DNA of 64,000 nucleotides, from assembly GCA_050173015.1 (NCBI GenBank), contig JBFXLE010000017.1, forward strand, positions 1 through 64,000, written 5' to 3'. Below, piece after piece: positions 26,990 through 38,288 of this stretch (its first letter is position 1; each line of letters begins with the position of its first letter). The translations under genes and the position numbers were made by a program. The DNA is from Calditrichaceae bacterium (GTDB lineage Bacteria; Calditrichota; Calditrichia; Calditrichales; JBFXGD01). The notes beneath the pieces are model-generated. The model was not told the DNA's origin, did no database searches, and saw only the letters and a list, made by a program, of their open reading frames with translations.

Positions 26990-29900
26990 ATGAAACTGGT
27001 AGAAATTTCAATAAAAAAACGTGTAACACTAACGATGATGTATCTCATCATCATTGGATTTGCAATTTTCTCTTATTCCCAGTTAAAAGTGGATCTGTTT
27101 CCTGAAATCGACTTTCCTGTGATTGGTATTATTACACAGTATTCCGGAGTTGGCCCCGAAGATATTGAAAATCTCATCAGCCGCACCCTTGAGGAAGCCG
27201 TCTCCGCCACAAAAAATGTAAAAAAAGTGACTTCCCAGAGTTCTCAGGGGATCAGCCTGGTGATTCTTGAATTTGACTGGGGTACGGATATTGATCAGGC
27301 GGAGGCGGATGTCAGGAAAAGAATCGATCTGGTGCGCGGATTTTTACCCGACGAATCAGATGATCCGATTACCTTCGCGTTTGATCCCGGGATGGCGCCC
27401 ATTATGTTCATGCTTTTGAATTCACCATATCTCGGACCGGCCGAACTAAGGCAACTCGGTGAGGAAAGAATCGAACCTTTGCTTGAACGCGTGGAGGGTG
27501 TCGCCAGTGTTGAAACCCAGGGAGGTCTCGAACGTCAGGTGAATATAAATCTGAATCCCGTTCTGCTCGCGGCGCATAATCTCTCGCCGCTGGATGTAGT
27601 CAACGCGATCCGGGCGCAAAGCGGATTATTTCCCGCCGGAAAGATAGAGACATCAACGATAAATTTTAATCTGCGAATTTTAAGCGAATATAATTCAATC
27701 GATCAGATTAAAAAGACCATCATTAAATATGAAAACAACTATCCCTTAAAAGTGGAAGATATCGCGAACGTCGAAAACGGTTATAAAGAGCTCATCGGTG
27801 ATGTCAGGGCAAACTATAATCAAAGCGTTTATATGCGTCTTTTTAAGCAGTCGGACGCCAATACGGTTCAGGCCTGCCGGAACGTAACAGAAGTTCTTCC
27901 GGCGATAAAAGCCATTTTACCTGAAGGAACGGAATTTAAGGTGGTCTATGACCAGTCGGAATATATTCTTCTCGCGGTGAGCAATCTCGGCAAAACAGCG
28001 GTGATTGCCTTTATCCTGGCATTTTTAGTGATTTATTTTTTTCTGCGAAATATCAGAGGAAGCCTGATCATGGGATTAGCCATTCCCATCTCTGTTATTT
28101 CGACCTTCGCGGTTATGATGTTGTCGGATCTGACGGTAAATATCATTTCAATGGCCGGACTTGCCCTGGCCATCGGTATGCTTGTGGATAATTCCATCGT
28201 GGTGCTGGAAAATATTTACCGGTACCGGGAAGACGGCAGCAAATTGACCGATGCCGCCTCTAGCGGAGCTTCCGAGGTCGGCATGGCGATCACCGCGTCA
28301 ACCCTGACGACAATCGGGGTGTTTCTGCCGGTACTTTTTGTTCCCGGTATCGCGGGTGAGTTGTTTAACGATATGGTGGTAACGATCACTTTCAGTCTGT
28401 TTGCATCGCTTATTATCGCCTTAACTCTCGTTCCCATGCTCTCATCAAAAATCCTGCTCACCGACGCAGAAATGCCCCGAATCAGGCTTAAAAAACTAAA
28501 GGCATGGATTACCAATTTCCTTGATAGACTTACCGATAATTACGGCAAAATTCTTCACTGGTCCCTGTACCATAAAAAAATAGTGCTGTTGATGACGGCG
28601 GTATTGTTTTTTTGTTCCCTGGGGCTGATTCCGTTTCTCGGCGGTGAGTTTCTTCCGCAGGATGATCAGGGCTTTATTTCTGTTACAATTAACAGAGAAA
28701 GGGGCACTCCGCTGGACAAGACCCGTCTCAGTGTTCTTGAAATAGAAAATATCGTCAAAGAAAAAGTTCCTGAAACTTCCGATATCTTTGCGTTATTTGG
28801 AAGCACCGAAGGGATATTTTCACTTTTCGGCGCCTCCGGAAGTCATGGAATTAATCTGAGAATCCGGCTTTCACCAAAGGAAGACCGCGACAGAAGTCAG
28901 AAGGAAATAGAGAGTGAGCTGCGTGAATCATTTGACAGGATTCCCGGCATCACCTATCAGTTTATTCAACCCGGTTCCTTCTCAACCCAGCGGGCGGTTG
29001 AAGTAAAAATATTTGGATATGATTTATTGAAATCAAAGGCCATCGCAGAGCAGATAAAAAAAAGGATGGAACAGATTCCCGGGCTGGTTGACATTGATAT
29101 CAATATGCAGGAAGGGGGTCAGGAACTGAGAATTATTCCCGACCGTAACCGGATGAATGATCTAAGATTGAGCGCGTTTCAGGTGGCAGATATGATTTCC
29201 ACCGCCATACAGGGAAAAGTGGCCGCGCAATACAGGGAAGGCGGAGACGAATACAATGTTTTTGTTCAGCTTGACAAACCGTTCCGTGAAAAGAGGGAAG
29301 CCCTCTCCAACCTTCTGCTCCCAACCATAAACGGTAAAATGATCCCTTTGCAGCAGGTGGCCAGAATCGAGCAAAGCACATCTCCAACCACCATTTTCAG
29401 GGAAAACCAGGAGCGATTCGTATCCGTGGGATGTGAGCTTTCCGGGATTGATTTATCCGGAGCGGTCAGTAAGATCGAAGAAATTATCAGGGATACGCCC
29501 ATCCCGATTGAATACCAGGTTGTAATCGGCGGATCGGCGGAAGACCAGGCGGAATCATTCTATTACCTAACGATCGCTTTTTTTGCGGCGATCCTTTTGG
29601 TATATATGATAATGGCCTCTCAGTTTGAATCGCTGATTGATCCTTTTATCATCATGTTTACCGTTCCGCTGTCAATCATAGGCGTTTTTCTGGCTCTTTT
29701 TATCACGGGAACCACCATAAGCGTGATGGCCCTTGTCGGACTTGTGATGCTCACCGGGATTGTGGTTAATAACGGCATTGTAATGGTAGATTATATAAAT
29801 CAGCGAAGACGCGGGGGACAGGATCTTTATATCGCGGTGGAAGAGGGCGGCAAGATCCGTATGCGGCCCGTGTTAATGACCGCGTTAACAACGATTCTCG

Positions 29901-30091
29901 GTATGGTGCCTCTTGCCCTTGAGATCGGTTCCGGTTCCGAAAGCTGGGCGCCGCTGGCCCGGGCTGTCATCGGCGGTCTGACCACCAGTACTCTGCTGAC
30001 TCTGATTATTATTCCGATTGTTTATATTATATTTGAACAAATGGGTGATAAAATAAAAGTCCGGATATGGGGTGACAGATACAATGAATGA
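26990..30091 (+). CDS. AcrB/CzcA family RND permease
   Basis: GMLVDNSIVVLENI, GIVVNNGIVMVD and RMRPVLMTALTTILGMVPLA. Confidence 0.97.
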   Translation: MKLVEISIKKRVTLTMMYLIIIGFAIFSYSQLKVDLFPEIDFPVIGIITQYSGVGPEDIENLISRTLEEAVSATKNVKKVTSQSSQGISLVILEFDWGTDIDQAEADVRKRIDLVRGFLPDESDDPITFAFDPGMAPIMFMLLNSPYLGPAELRQLGEERIEPLLERVEGVASVETQGGLERQVNINLNPVLLAAHNLSPLDVVNAIRAQSGLFPAGKIETSTINFNLRILSEYNSIDQIKKTIIKYENNYPLKVEDIANVENGYKELIGDVRANYNQSVYMRLFKQSDANTVQACRNVTEVLPAIKAILPEGTEFKVVYDQSEYILLAVSNLGKTAVIAFILAFLVIYFFLRNIRGSLIMGLAIPISVISTFAVMMLSDLTVNIISMAGLALAIGMLVDNSIVVLENIYRYREDGSKLTDAASSGASEVGMAITASTLTTIGVFLPVLFVPGIAGELFNDMVVTITFSLFASLIIALTLVPMLSSKILLTDAEMPRIRLKKLKAWITNFLDRLTDNYGKILHWSLYHKKIVLLMTAVLFFCSLGLIPFLGGEFLPQDDQGFISVTINRERGTPLDKTRLSVLEIENIVKEKVPETSDIFALFGSTEGIFSLFGASGSHGINLRIRLSPKEDRDRSQKEIESELRESFDRIPGITYQFIQPGSFSTQRAVEVKIFGYDLLKSKAIAEQIKKRMEQIPGLVDIDINMQEGGQELRIIPDRNRMNDLRLSAFQVADMISTAIQGKVAAQYREGGDEYNVFVQLDKPFREKREALSNLLLPTINGKMIPLQQVARIEQSTSPTTIFRENQERFVSVGCELSGIDLSGAVSKIEEIIRDTPIPIEYQVVIGGSAEDQAESFYYLTIAFFAAILLVYMIMASQFESLIDPFIIMFTVPLSIIGVFLALFITGTTISVMALVGLVMLTGIVVNNGIVMVDYINQRRRGGQDLYIAVEEGGKIRMRPVLMTALTTILGMVPLALEIGSGSESWAPLARAVIGGLTTSTLLTLIIIPIVYIIFEQMGDKIKVRIWGDRYNE

Positions 30092-30109
30092 TAGATATTG
30101 ATTTTTATC

Positions 30110-30150
30110 AAAAAAAAAGAGGCTTATCTTCGGGTAAGCCTCTTTTTTTT
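30110..30150. terminator. Bidirectional intrinsic terminator
   Basis: A-tract GAGGCTTA-TCTTCGGG-TAAGCCTC T-tract between convergent genes. Confidence 0.85.
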
Positions 30151-30159
30151 AAACTGAAT

Positions 30160-30729
30160 TTATCCAAAATTTTCGATAAAATACCGGTGGACTCTTAAAT
30201 CATCCGTAAGTTCGGGATGGAAGGTCGCGACAAGAATATTATCACTTGCGGCCATCACAAGATCATCCTTATGAAAACCCAATTGCCTGATTCCATTACC
30301 CGGGGCCGTTATTCTTGGCGCCCGTATAAAAACACCTTCGAAATCGATTGTCTCCTCTCCCAGTGTCAGCCTGACCGTATCGATAAAAGAATTTATCTGA
30401 CGCCCATAAGCGTTTCTGGCCACATGAATGTCAATCAATCCGAGTGTTTCAAAGGGTAATGAATCAACATGTTTTGCAAGAATGATCAATCCCGCGCATG
30501 TACCCAAAACGGGACGCGACTTACCATATTCCACCAGCACCTCATTAAGTTCAAGCCGGTTTATCAGATTCATAAAAGTCGTTGATTCACCGCCGGGAAT
30601 AATGAGCTTATCGCATTTTGCTAAGGTTTTTGCGTCCTTGACATGTATGGCTTCAAAACCAAGAGACTGAACGGCCAGCGAATGTTTATGAAAGTCACCC
30701 TGTAAGGCAAAAATTCCGATTCTTTTCAA
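30160..30729 (-). CDS. pdxT: PLP synthase glutaminase subunit
   Basis: ALQGDF, IPGGESTT, LGTCAGLI and TFHPELT. Confidence 0.97.
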   Translation of the reverse strand: MKRIGIFALQGDFHKHSLAVQSLGFEAIHVKDAKTLAKCDKLIIPGGESTTFMNLINRLELNEVLVEYGKSRPVLGTCAGLIILAKHVDSLPFETLGLIDIHVARNAYGRQINSFIDTVRLTLGEETIDFEGVFIRAPRITAPGNGIRQLGFHKDDLVMAASDNILVATFHPELTDDLRVHRYFIENFG

Positions 30730-31611
30730 CTACCAGCCTCTGTTCTGCAGCAACTCATTTTCCGGAATTGAACCAATTTCCAGTCCCGGCATCGCGTCGC
30801 CGAGCCCTTCGCTCGCTTTGGCGACCACATCAGGATCATTATAGTGTGTTGTTGCGAGAACAATCGCTTTTGCGCGCGCTTCAGGATCATCCGATTTAAA
30901 AATACCGGAGCCGACAAATACGGTTTCCGCGCCAAGCTGCATCATCAATGAGGCATCGGCAGGAGTCGCCACCCCACCCGCAGCAAAATTAGGAACCGGT
31001 AATTTACCGTTTTCTTTTATGTAACGGACCATTTCAACCGAAGCGCCTAAATTTTTGGCGAAAGTCACCAGCTCTGAATCTTCAAGCTGAGTAATTCTTT
31101 TTATTTCACTCTGAACCATTCTCATATGCCGGACCGCTTCAACGATATTTCCCGAACCGGCTTCGCCCTTTGTACGAATCATTGCCGCGCCTTCTGAGAT
31201 ACGGCGAAGCGCTTCTCCCAGATTCCGGCAACCACAGACAAACGGCACTTTATAATCATGCTTCCAGATATGATTGGCATCATCAGCGGGAGTGAGAACT
31301 TCACTTTCGTCCACAAAATCGACTCCCAGTGACTGCAAAACCTGCGCTTCCGCAAAATGTCCGATACGGCATTTTGCCATGACCGGGATAGAGACGAGCT
31401 TCTGGATTTCTTTTATCATTTTCGGATTTGACATTCGGGCAACGCCGCCGTGCGCGCGGATATCGGCCGGAATGCGTTCCAACGCCATTACCGCCACGGC
31501 GCCGGCATCTTCCGCTATTTTGGCTTGTTCGGGTGTCGTCACATCCATGATCACACCGCCTTTAAGCATCTCGGCCAAGCCAACCTTGACCAAAAATTCT
31601 TTTTCAAACAT
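30730..31611 (-). CDS. pdxS: PLP synthase lyase subunit
   Basis: [23 protein letters not shown] and [13 protein letters not shown]. Confidence 0.98.
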   Translation of the reverse strand: MFEKEFLVKVGLAEMLKGGVIMDVTTPEQAKIAEDAGAVAVMALERIPADIRAHGGVARMSNPKMIKEIQKLVSIPVMAKCRIGHFAEAQVLQSLGVDFVDESEVLTPADDANHIWKHDYKVPFVCGCRNLGEALRRISEGAAMIRTKGEAGSGNIVEAVRHMRMVQSEIKRITQLEDSELVTFAKNLGASVEMVRYIKENGKLPVPNFAAGGVATPADASLMMQLGAETVFVGSGIFKSDDPEARAKAIVLATTHYNDPDVVAKASEGLGDAMPGLEIGSIPENELLQNRGW

Positions 31612-31689
31612 CTATCATTTCTCCTAAATTTTCAACAAATTTTATATTCAATTTTTAATTTATTCAGCTCAATATTAAATGTCAAGGGA

Positions 31690-32724
31690 TTACCGGCGGG
31701 TTGATGAGGTTTTCAGCCTTTCTGCAATCTGATTTACCGTGTAGGGGATCAATTTTACAAAACCGTGTACTACAATACTTGCCGATGTTTGATAAGCCAA
31801 AGGACCGGCAAAGAACAGACCCGGCTGCTGAATACTCTCTCCGGAATACGCGACCTCAGGAAAATTTTTGCGGTTAAAACGTAAGGGAAAGTTCTGCGCT
31901 ACCTTGATATGAGGGTGGTAACCGGTGGCAAAAATAATTTTATCCACTTCCATATCCCAATCTCTGAAATAAACTCTGTTTCCTTCGATTCTCTGAATAT
32001 TCTGGTAGGCGCGATACCGGATAATTTCCATACTGATGAGTTCTTTCAGATAACTCTCTGAGATTCCTCTAATATGATACAGTTTTTTTGTATCGGAAAA
32101 AAATTTCAGATCGTCTCGCGAAATCAGATATACCAAAGAATGTCCGCATAAATCAATGGCTATTTCGGCTGCGCTGTTTCCCGTTCCCACAATCAGTACA
32201 CGTTTATTCTTAAACTCTTCGGCAGAACGGTAGTGATGTGAGTGCGTGACAATGGGATTGTTCTTCACCCCCGGTATTTCCGGGATAAACGGATTACCGA
32301 ATATACCTGTTGCCACCGTAATGACCGGCGCGGTGTAAGTTTTGTCGCCAACCCTGACTTCGTACTGAAGACTATCGTGATTAAAGTTTATATTCGTCAC
32401 GGACGTATTCAACTCAATATTCAGTTTAAAGTGATCTGTGTAAGCGTCCATGTATTTGACAAACTCAGACGCCTGACAATACGGGCGGCGTACCCCCATC
32501 TTCCAGATCGGGAATTTCCCTGAAAAGCTTGTCCAGTCACGCTGGGGATGACAAGGGGACAATAGAAACATCTCCGGACGCATTTCGCGCCAGGCCTGTC
32601 CGACATTTCCTTTTTCAAATGCGATGTAATCAATTTTATGATGTCCGGCTTCCTCGGCCGCTTTTAAGCCCGCCGGACCTCCGCCGATGATGATTAACTC
32701 TTTTGAAAAAGTACGGTCCATCAC
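31690..32724 (-). CDS. FAD/NAD(P)-dependent oxidoreductase (YpdA/TrkA-like)
   Basis: IIGGGPAGL, VATG, LIVGTGNSAAE and FATGY. Confidence 0.88.
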   Translation of the reverse strand: MMDRTFSKELIIIGGGPAGLKAAEEAGHHKIDYIAFEKGNVGQAWREMRPEMFLLSPCHPQRDWTSFSGKFPIWKMGVRRPYCQASEFVKYMDAYTDHFKLNIELNTSVTNINFNHDSLQYEVRVGDKTYTAPVITVATGIFGNPFIPEIPGVKNNPIVTHSHHYRSAEEFKNKRVLIVGTGNSAAEIAIDLCGHSLVYLISRDDLKFFSDTKKLYHIRGISESYLKELISMEIIRYRAYQNIQRIEGNRVYFRDWDMEVDKIIFATGYHPHIKVAQNFPLRFNRKNFPEVAYSGESIQQPGLFFAGPLAYQTSASIVVHGFVKLIPYTVNQIAERLKTSSTRR

Positions 32725-32725
32725 A

Positions 32726-33661
32726 TTATTGCCCTGATATAAAAATATAATTTGAACGTAAATGTTCTAAAATCTTATCCACTATCTGTTTTCCCACCCT
32801 TTCCTGGGCTTCAGTTGTTGACGCGCCGATATGCGGGGAGGCAATCACCTTTTTATGTGCGGCGAGATTTTTATCATATCCCGGTTCATTTTCAAAAACA
32901 TCCAGGGCCGCCCCGGCCAGTTTGTTGGAATCAAGCGCTTTCAATAACGCGGCTTCTGATACTATTCCGCCCCGGGATGTATTTATCAGATAGGAGCCCG
33001 GCTTAACTTTCTCAAATTCGGGTTCACCTATTAAATATGCTGTTTCAGGATTTTTAGGCAGATGTACTGAGATAAAATCTGACCTTTTTAAAAGCTTATC
33101 CAGAGGAACCTGCTCAAATTCGATTTCCGGGATCGTAACTTCAGACCGGTTATACACAAGAATTTTCATGCCGAGACGGAAAGCTTTAACAGCCGCCATT
33201 TTACCTATGGTCCCTCCGCCGATGATTCCCAGTGTTTTTCCGTCAATCTCAAAACCCGTGAATTCTTTCTTCGCCCACCGACCGTTTTTCATGCTTACGT
33301 CAGCTTCAGAAATTTTTCTGGCAAGAGAAAAAATAAAACCGATGGTAAGTTCGGCCACCGCTGCAGCATTTGTACCCGGTGTGTTGAATACTTTTATTCC
33401 CTTTTGTGCCGCATGGACCGTATCAATATTATCCAAACCTGATCCCGCACGGCCGATCGCGCGCAGATTTACCCCCGCATCGATCACATTTGAGGTGATA
33501 GTCGTCGCGCTGCGCACAATAACCGCGTTGTATTTTGAAATATTTTTTACCAGTTCGTCTTCTGACTGTCCGTAAATGGTATCATAATTTATATCCTTTG
33601 CCTCGGCAAGATTTGCCATGGCTGTATCATCAAGAGGATCACAAATCAATATCTTATACAT
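32726..33661 (-). CDS. D-2-hydroxyacid / phosphoglycerate dehydrogenase family
   Basis: GRAGSGLDNID, NAAAVAE, INTSRGG, LDVFENEP and SPHIGAST. Confidence 0.93.
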   Translation of the reverse strand: MYKILICDPLDDTAMANLAEAKDINYDTIYGQSEDELVKNISKYNAVIVRSATTITSNVIDAGVNLRAIGRAGSGLDNIDTVHAAQKGIKVFNTPGTNAAAVAELTIGFIFSLARKISEADVSMKNGRWAKKEFTGFEIDGKTLGIIGGGTIGKMAAVKAFRLGMKILVYNRSEVTIPEIEFEQVPLDKLLKRSDFISVHLPKNPETAYLIGEPEFEKVKPGSYLINTSRGGIVSEAALLKALDSNKLAGAALDVFENEPGYDKNLAAHKKVIASPHIGASTTEAQERVGKQIVDKILEHLRSNYIFISGQ

Positions 33662-33685
33662 TTTCCTGTCGTTCCTTCATACCAA

Positions 33686-34417
33686 TTATTCTGTACTATC
33701 CTGCCTGCGCTCATCCATGATCCGGCAAGCTTCCATAATCACATTCATCGTTGAGTTACTTATATTCTGTTTTAGATTGATATCTCGTATGTCAAAACTG
33801 AAGGCTCCCGACATCAGTGAAACCAGATCATAAAATGCATCTTCACCTCTTTTATCTTCTGTCTGGGCAGCAAATAAATGCCCGTCTTTGAGATAAATTT
33901 GTCCCTTGATATCACCTTCAATTTTCAAAACACCGGATTTTTTATTCAGATTGAGCATCTGAACAAGTTCAACTATCGAGAGATCACGCAAATCTCCGGA
34001 AAACCCCTTGCGCTCATCACTGATATTTTCAATACTTTTTAATTTTTGAGTCCTGCTTAATAACTCTTCAACACGTTTAAGCAGATCTTTGCGGTCGATC
34101 GGCTTATTAAGAAATTCATCCGCTCCGGCTCTGAATCCGCGAATTTCCGTTTCCGCGTCGTCAAATGAAGTCAAAAATATAAACGGCACCAATGGAATTT
34201 CCGAATTTTCCCGTATCATCCAGCATAATTCAATACCATCCATTTGTGGCATCATGATATCTGATATAATCAGATCCGGCTGATGTTTATTCGCGGCTTC
34301 GAAAGCCATTTCACCATTCTCAGCTTCAATTATTTCATATCCCGCTTTAGAAAGACTAATGTTCAATAATTTCAACACATTTGGATTATCATCAACAATC
34401 AATATTTTAAACGCCAT
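33686..34417 (-). CDS. Response regulator with DUF4388-like output domain
   Basis: REC (ILIVDD, SDIMMPQMDG) plus FSGDLRDLSIVELVQMLNLNKKSGVL. Confidence 0.9.
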   Translation of the reverse strand: MAFKILIVDDNPNVLKLLNISLSKAGYEIIEAENGEMAFEAANKHQPDLIISDIMMPQMDGIELCWMIRENSEIPLVPFIFLTSFDDAETEIRGFRAGADEFLNKPIDRKDLLKRVEELLSRTQKLKSIENISDERKGFSGDLRDLSIVELVQMLNLNKKSGVLKIEGDIKGQIYLKDGHLFAAQTEDKRGEDAFYDLVSLMSGAFSFDIRDINLKQNISNSTMNVIMEACRIMDERRQDSTE

Positions 34418-34439
34418 GGGCTACTCCATGATGGGAATT

Positions 34440-35891
34440 TCAGCTCTTTTTAAAATAATTAACATCTAAATTCCGCACGGCGCCGGCTTCATCAAGTCTC
34501 TTAACCGGGGTAATATGCGGTGCATTTAAAAGTAAATCCGGCGTTTCATCAATTTCCTTATCAATGGTCAGCATAACATCAACAAAATGATCAAGCATCT
34601 CCTTGCTTTCTGTTTCAGTCGGTTCGATCATTAATGCTTCCTTAACGATCAGGGGAAAATATACCGTCGGCGGATGTATTCCATAGTCCAGAAGCCTCTT
34701 TGCTATATCAAGAGCCTTTGCCCCTCTTTTCTTCTGGTTTTCCGCGGAAATCACGAATTCATGCATGGTTGGCGCGGCGTATCCGAGATCATAATTCCCG
34801 GAGAGTCTTTTTCGCAGATAATTGGCATTTACGATGGCGTGATCTGATACTTTTCTGAAACCATACCTGCCAACCATCCGGATATAAACATAAGCGCGGA
34901 CCAGAAGCGCGAAATTACCAAAATAACTGTGCACGCTGCCGATTGAATCCGGTAGTTCCTCGTTAAGAAAATAGGTATCGTCCTTTTTTTCAACAACCGG
35001 GACTGGAAGGAAAGCCATCAATTTCTCGTTAACGGCTACGGGACCGGTCCCCGGGCCACCGCCACCGTGAGGGGTTGAAAAACTTTTATGCAGATTTAGG
35101 TGCATAACATCAAATCCGAGATCGGCGGGCCTTACAATTCCGAATAGCGCGTTCATATTGGCCCCGTCCATATACATGAGGGCGTCGATGGAATCGAGCA
35201 TCTCCCTGATCTCACGAATTTGATGTTCAAAAATACCGAGCGTGCTCGGATTTGTCAGCATGATACCTGCCACATCATCATTGAGATTGGATTTAAGATC
35301 CGCAAGATCTACTACCCCCTGCGCGGTCGAGCGTATTGTTTTTATTTTGAATCCAGCGATTCGCGCGCTCGCCGGATTTGTCCCGTGGGCGGAATCCGGT
35401 ACAAGAATAGTTTTTCGGTTTCTGTTCTTCATTTGATGATATTTTTTCATCAGAAGGAGGCCAACCAATTCACCTTGCGCTCCGGCCGCGGGCTGCAATG
35501 TAATCCCGCTGAATCCGGTCAAATCCATCAAATATTCCTGTAATTCAAAAAGCAGTTTCAGGCCTCCTTGCACCGTTTCATTCGGCTGATCGGGATGTAT
35601 ATTTCTAAATCCCGGGAGACCCGCTAATTTTTCATTAATTTTAGGATTATATTTCATCGTACATGAACCGAGTGGATAAAAAGCTTTATCAACATGATGA
35701 TTTAGATTCGAAAGTCCGATGTAATGCCTTACAATCTCATTCTCCGCGACTTCGGGCAATCCGGCGGGTTTTTCGCGCAAATAGTTTTTTGGTATAAGAT
35801 CATCCGTTTTCATTTCCGGAACATCCGGTTTCGGTAAAACATGCCCAACCCGGCCTTCTTTACTCATTTCAAAAATTAAATTAGTATACAT
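34440..35891 (-). CDS. gcvPB: Glycine dehydrogenase subunit 2
   Basis: YPLGSCTMKYNP, SAHGTNPAS and HLNLHKSFSTPHGGGGPG. Confidence 0.97.
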   Translation of the reverse strand: MYTNLIFEMSKEGRVGHVLPKPDVPEMKTDDLIPKNYLREKPAGLPEVAENEIVRHYIGLSNLNHHVDKAFYPLGSCTMKYNPKINEKLAGLPGFRNIHPDQPNETVQGGLKLLFELQEYLMDLTGFSGITLQPAAGAQGELVGLLLMKKYHQMKNRNRKTILVPDSAHGTNPASARIAGFKIKTIRSTAQGVVDLADLKSNLNDDVAGIMLTNPSTLGIFEHQIREIREMLDSIDALMYMDGANMNALFGIVRPADLGFDVMHLNLHKSFSTPHGGGGPGTGPVAVNEKLMAFLPVPVVEKKDDTYFLNEELPDSIGSVHSYFGNFALLVRAYVYIRMVGRYGFRKVSDHAIVNANYLRKRLSGNYDLGYAAPTMHEFVISAENQKKRGAKALDIAKRLLDYGIHPPTVYFPLIVKEALMIEPTETESKEMLDHFVDVMLTIDKEIDETPDLLLNAPHITPVKRLDEAGAVRNLDVNYFKKS

Positions 35892-35912
35892 TCTTTATCT
35901 CCCTGAAGACAC

Positions 35913-36947
35913 CTAAGACTTAATCAGCTCCCAATAAGACATCGTCTTATTTAAACCGATCTCCTTAGATGCGCCTAATGCTTTTTTTGCCTTATTTAGC
36001 AGATCGTTCTCATCCGCTACCTCTATATTCTCCATCGGAAATGAGGCGACCCCGAGATTCACAGTTATATTACTTTGTTCAACAAGCTTCTTTTTGGAAT
36101 TGGACACCGTAGCGATAAATTCGTCATCAAAATAACAGGCGCCGGCAAGCGTCTCCCGAAGCCGTTCGGCTTCCAAAAAGCCTCCCTGATCATCCGTTTG
36201 AGGCAGTATGATGTAAAAATAATCCTCTGTATTCTGTGACAGTATATCTACCGCTCTGGTTTTATTTAAAATCAGATTGGCCATTTTTATTCTAATATAA
36301 TTGCTTACCTGATAACCGAGCGTTTCATTCATTCTCTTCACATTGTTGATGCTTACGATTACCAGTGAAATGGCCGTTTTATAACGTAGGGCTCTTAAAT
36401 ATTCCTCTTTTAAACGTCTTTCAAAAAATGTAAAAGTATAAAGCCCCGTTAGGGGATCAATCAATGTGTCTTTATCTATCTGTTTTGAGCGGCTCAGAAA
36501 TGACTCAAGCTCTTTCTGCATGATTTTATTATTGTAAGTCAGTTGTTCGTTTTCGCTCCTCAGCACATACAACATTTTATTGCGGTTCAGTATGGCATTT
36601 ACCCGCGCCACCAGTTCCTTGGAGTTGAACGGCTTCAGAAGGTAATCATCCGCGCCCAGTTCAAAACCGGTAATTCGATCTTTGACATCGGTATAATTCG
36701 CCGTAAGGAATACAATTGGAATATCTTTTGTATTCATACTGCTTTTTAGCACTTTACAGGCCTCGAATCCATCCATCACCGGCATCATTCCATCCAGCAG
36801 AATCAAATCCGGCCTGCTGTTTTGCGCGATTTCTATCGCTTCAACACCGTTTGAAGCCTTTTCGACATCAAATTGGTAAAATTTGAAAATCCGCTCAAGC
36901 GTATCAAGCATATCCTCATTATCATCAGCGACAAGAACTCTGGGCAT
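35913..36947 (-). CDS. REC + degenerate GGDEF protein
   Basis: REC domain, then DPLTGLY and RAVD (I-site), but NTEDY in place of GGDEF. Confidence 0.85.
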   Translation of the reverse strand: MPRVLVADDNEDMLDTLERIFKFYQFDVEKASNGVEAIEIAQNSRPDLILLDGMMPVMDGFEACKVLKSSMNTKDIPIVFLTANYTDVKDRITGFELGADDYLLKPFNSKELVARVNAILNRNKMLYVLRSENEQLTYNNKIMQKELESFLSRSKQIDKDTLIDPLTGLYTFTFFERRLKEEYLRALRYKTAISLVIVSINNVKRMNETLGYQVSNYIRIKMANLILNKTRAVDILSQNTEDYFYIILPQTDDQGGFLEAERLRETLAGACYFDDEFIATVSNSKKKLVEQSNITVNLGVASFPMENIEVADENDLLNKAKKALGASKEIGLNKTMSYWELIKS

Positions 36948-36959
36948 AAAAACGAATCC

Positions 36960-38288
36960 TTACTTCAAATATTTTTTATAAAATTGAATGTATTTATCCA
37001 GTTCCTCTCTGGTTCGCTGCTCCGTAACCGCAATTAATATTTTGTTCGCGTGACCACTCTTTTTCAAATCAATTCCGGCAAAAATTCCTTCTTTCAACGC
37101 GGCTTTAATTACATCTTCAGCCTTGACCGGCAAACTGAGTGTAAATTCTTTAAAGAACGGGGACTTGGAAGCCATGGATATTCCGGGGATGGCCGTTAAC
37201 TCTTTTGCGAGATAATGCGCTTTTTGTAAACACAAACCGGCCACATCTTTTATTCCCTTTTTACCGAGAGTTGACATATAAATCCCTGCCGTAAGCGCCA
37301 TTAATCCGGAATTGGTACAGATATTCGATGTGGCTTTTTCTCTGCGGATGTGCTGTTCCCGTGTTTGCAATGTAAGCACAAACCCCCTTTTTCCGTCTTC
37401 ATCCTTGGTGACCCCCGACAATCTTCCAGGAATTTTTCGAACCAGGCTTTCATTTACAGAGAACAATCCCAGAAACGGTCCGCCATAGTTCTGTCCATTC
37501 CCCAGGGACTGTCCCTCCGCAACGGCGATATCGACCCCAAACGCCCCGGGTGTCTTTAATAATCCCAGAGAAGTAGGGTCATAAACCTGAATAATCAGAC
37601 AATCCTTTCCGGCCGCGGCATTTTTTATCGCGGCAACATCTTCAAAAAATCCAAAATAATTTGGATGTTGTACAATGACGGCGGCGATCTGATCGTCAAT
37701 TAGTGACTTCAAAGCGGTATGATCGATGGTCAGATCCTTATCCGGTATTACTGTCAATTCGATTTCAGTGTTATTAATATAGGTTTCAATAATCTGTTTG
37801 TACCTGCTGTTGAGAGTGGCAGGTATGAGTATTTTATTCTTACCTGTATGGCCGGCGGCAACCAGGACAGCTTCCGCGAGGGCGGAACCGGCTTCGTACA
37901 TAGACGCGTTTGTGATATCCATTTCAGTGAGTTCGCAGATCATTGATTGAAACTCGTACATCGCCTGAAGATTCCCCTGGCTGACTTCAGGCTGATATGG
38001 CGTATAAGATGTATAAAATTCGGATCTTGATGTGAGCGCGTCGATGATTGAGGGTATGTAGTGGTCATACGCGCCGCCGCCAAGAAAAGAAACATAAGTC
38101 TTGTTCTTTTCCGCTAACTGCTGTACAATTCTGCTGATACCTAATTCGGATTCGGCTTCCGGAATATTAAAAGTACCTTTGAAGCGCAGATCTTGTGGAA
38201 TATTCGACAATAATTCCTCGACATTCTCAAAACCGATCACTTCAAGCATCTCCCTGATATCAGCTTCAGAATTAGAAAGATATGCCAT
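36960..38288 (-). CDS. gcvPA: Glycine dehydrogenase subunit 1
   Basis: FLGGGAYDH, YTPYQPEVSQG and TREQHIRREKATSNICTN. Confidence 0.97.
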   Translation of the reverse strand: MAYLSNSEADIREMLEVIGFENVEELLSNIPQDLRFKGTFNIPEAESELGISRIVQQLAEKNKTYVSFLGGGAYDHYIPSIIDALTSRSEFYTSYTPYQPEVSQGNLQAMYEFQSMICELTEMDITNASMYEAGSALAEAVLVAAGHTGKNKILIPATLNSRYKQIIETYINNTEIELTVIPDKDLTIDHTALKSLIDDQIAAVIVQHPNYFGFFEDVAAIKNAAAGKDCLIIQVYDPTSLGLLKTPGAFGVDIAVAEGQSLGNGQNYGGPFLGLFSVNESLVRKIPGRLSGVTKDEDGKRGFVLTLQTREQHIRREKATSNICTNSGLMALTAGIYMSTLGKKGIKDVAGLCLQKAHYLAKELTAIPGISMASKSPFFKEFTLSLPVKAEDVIKAALKEGIFAGIDLKKSGHANKILIAVTEQRTREELDKYIQFYKKYLK

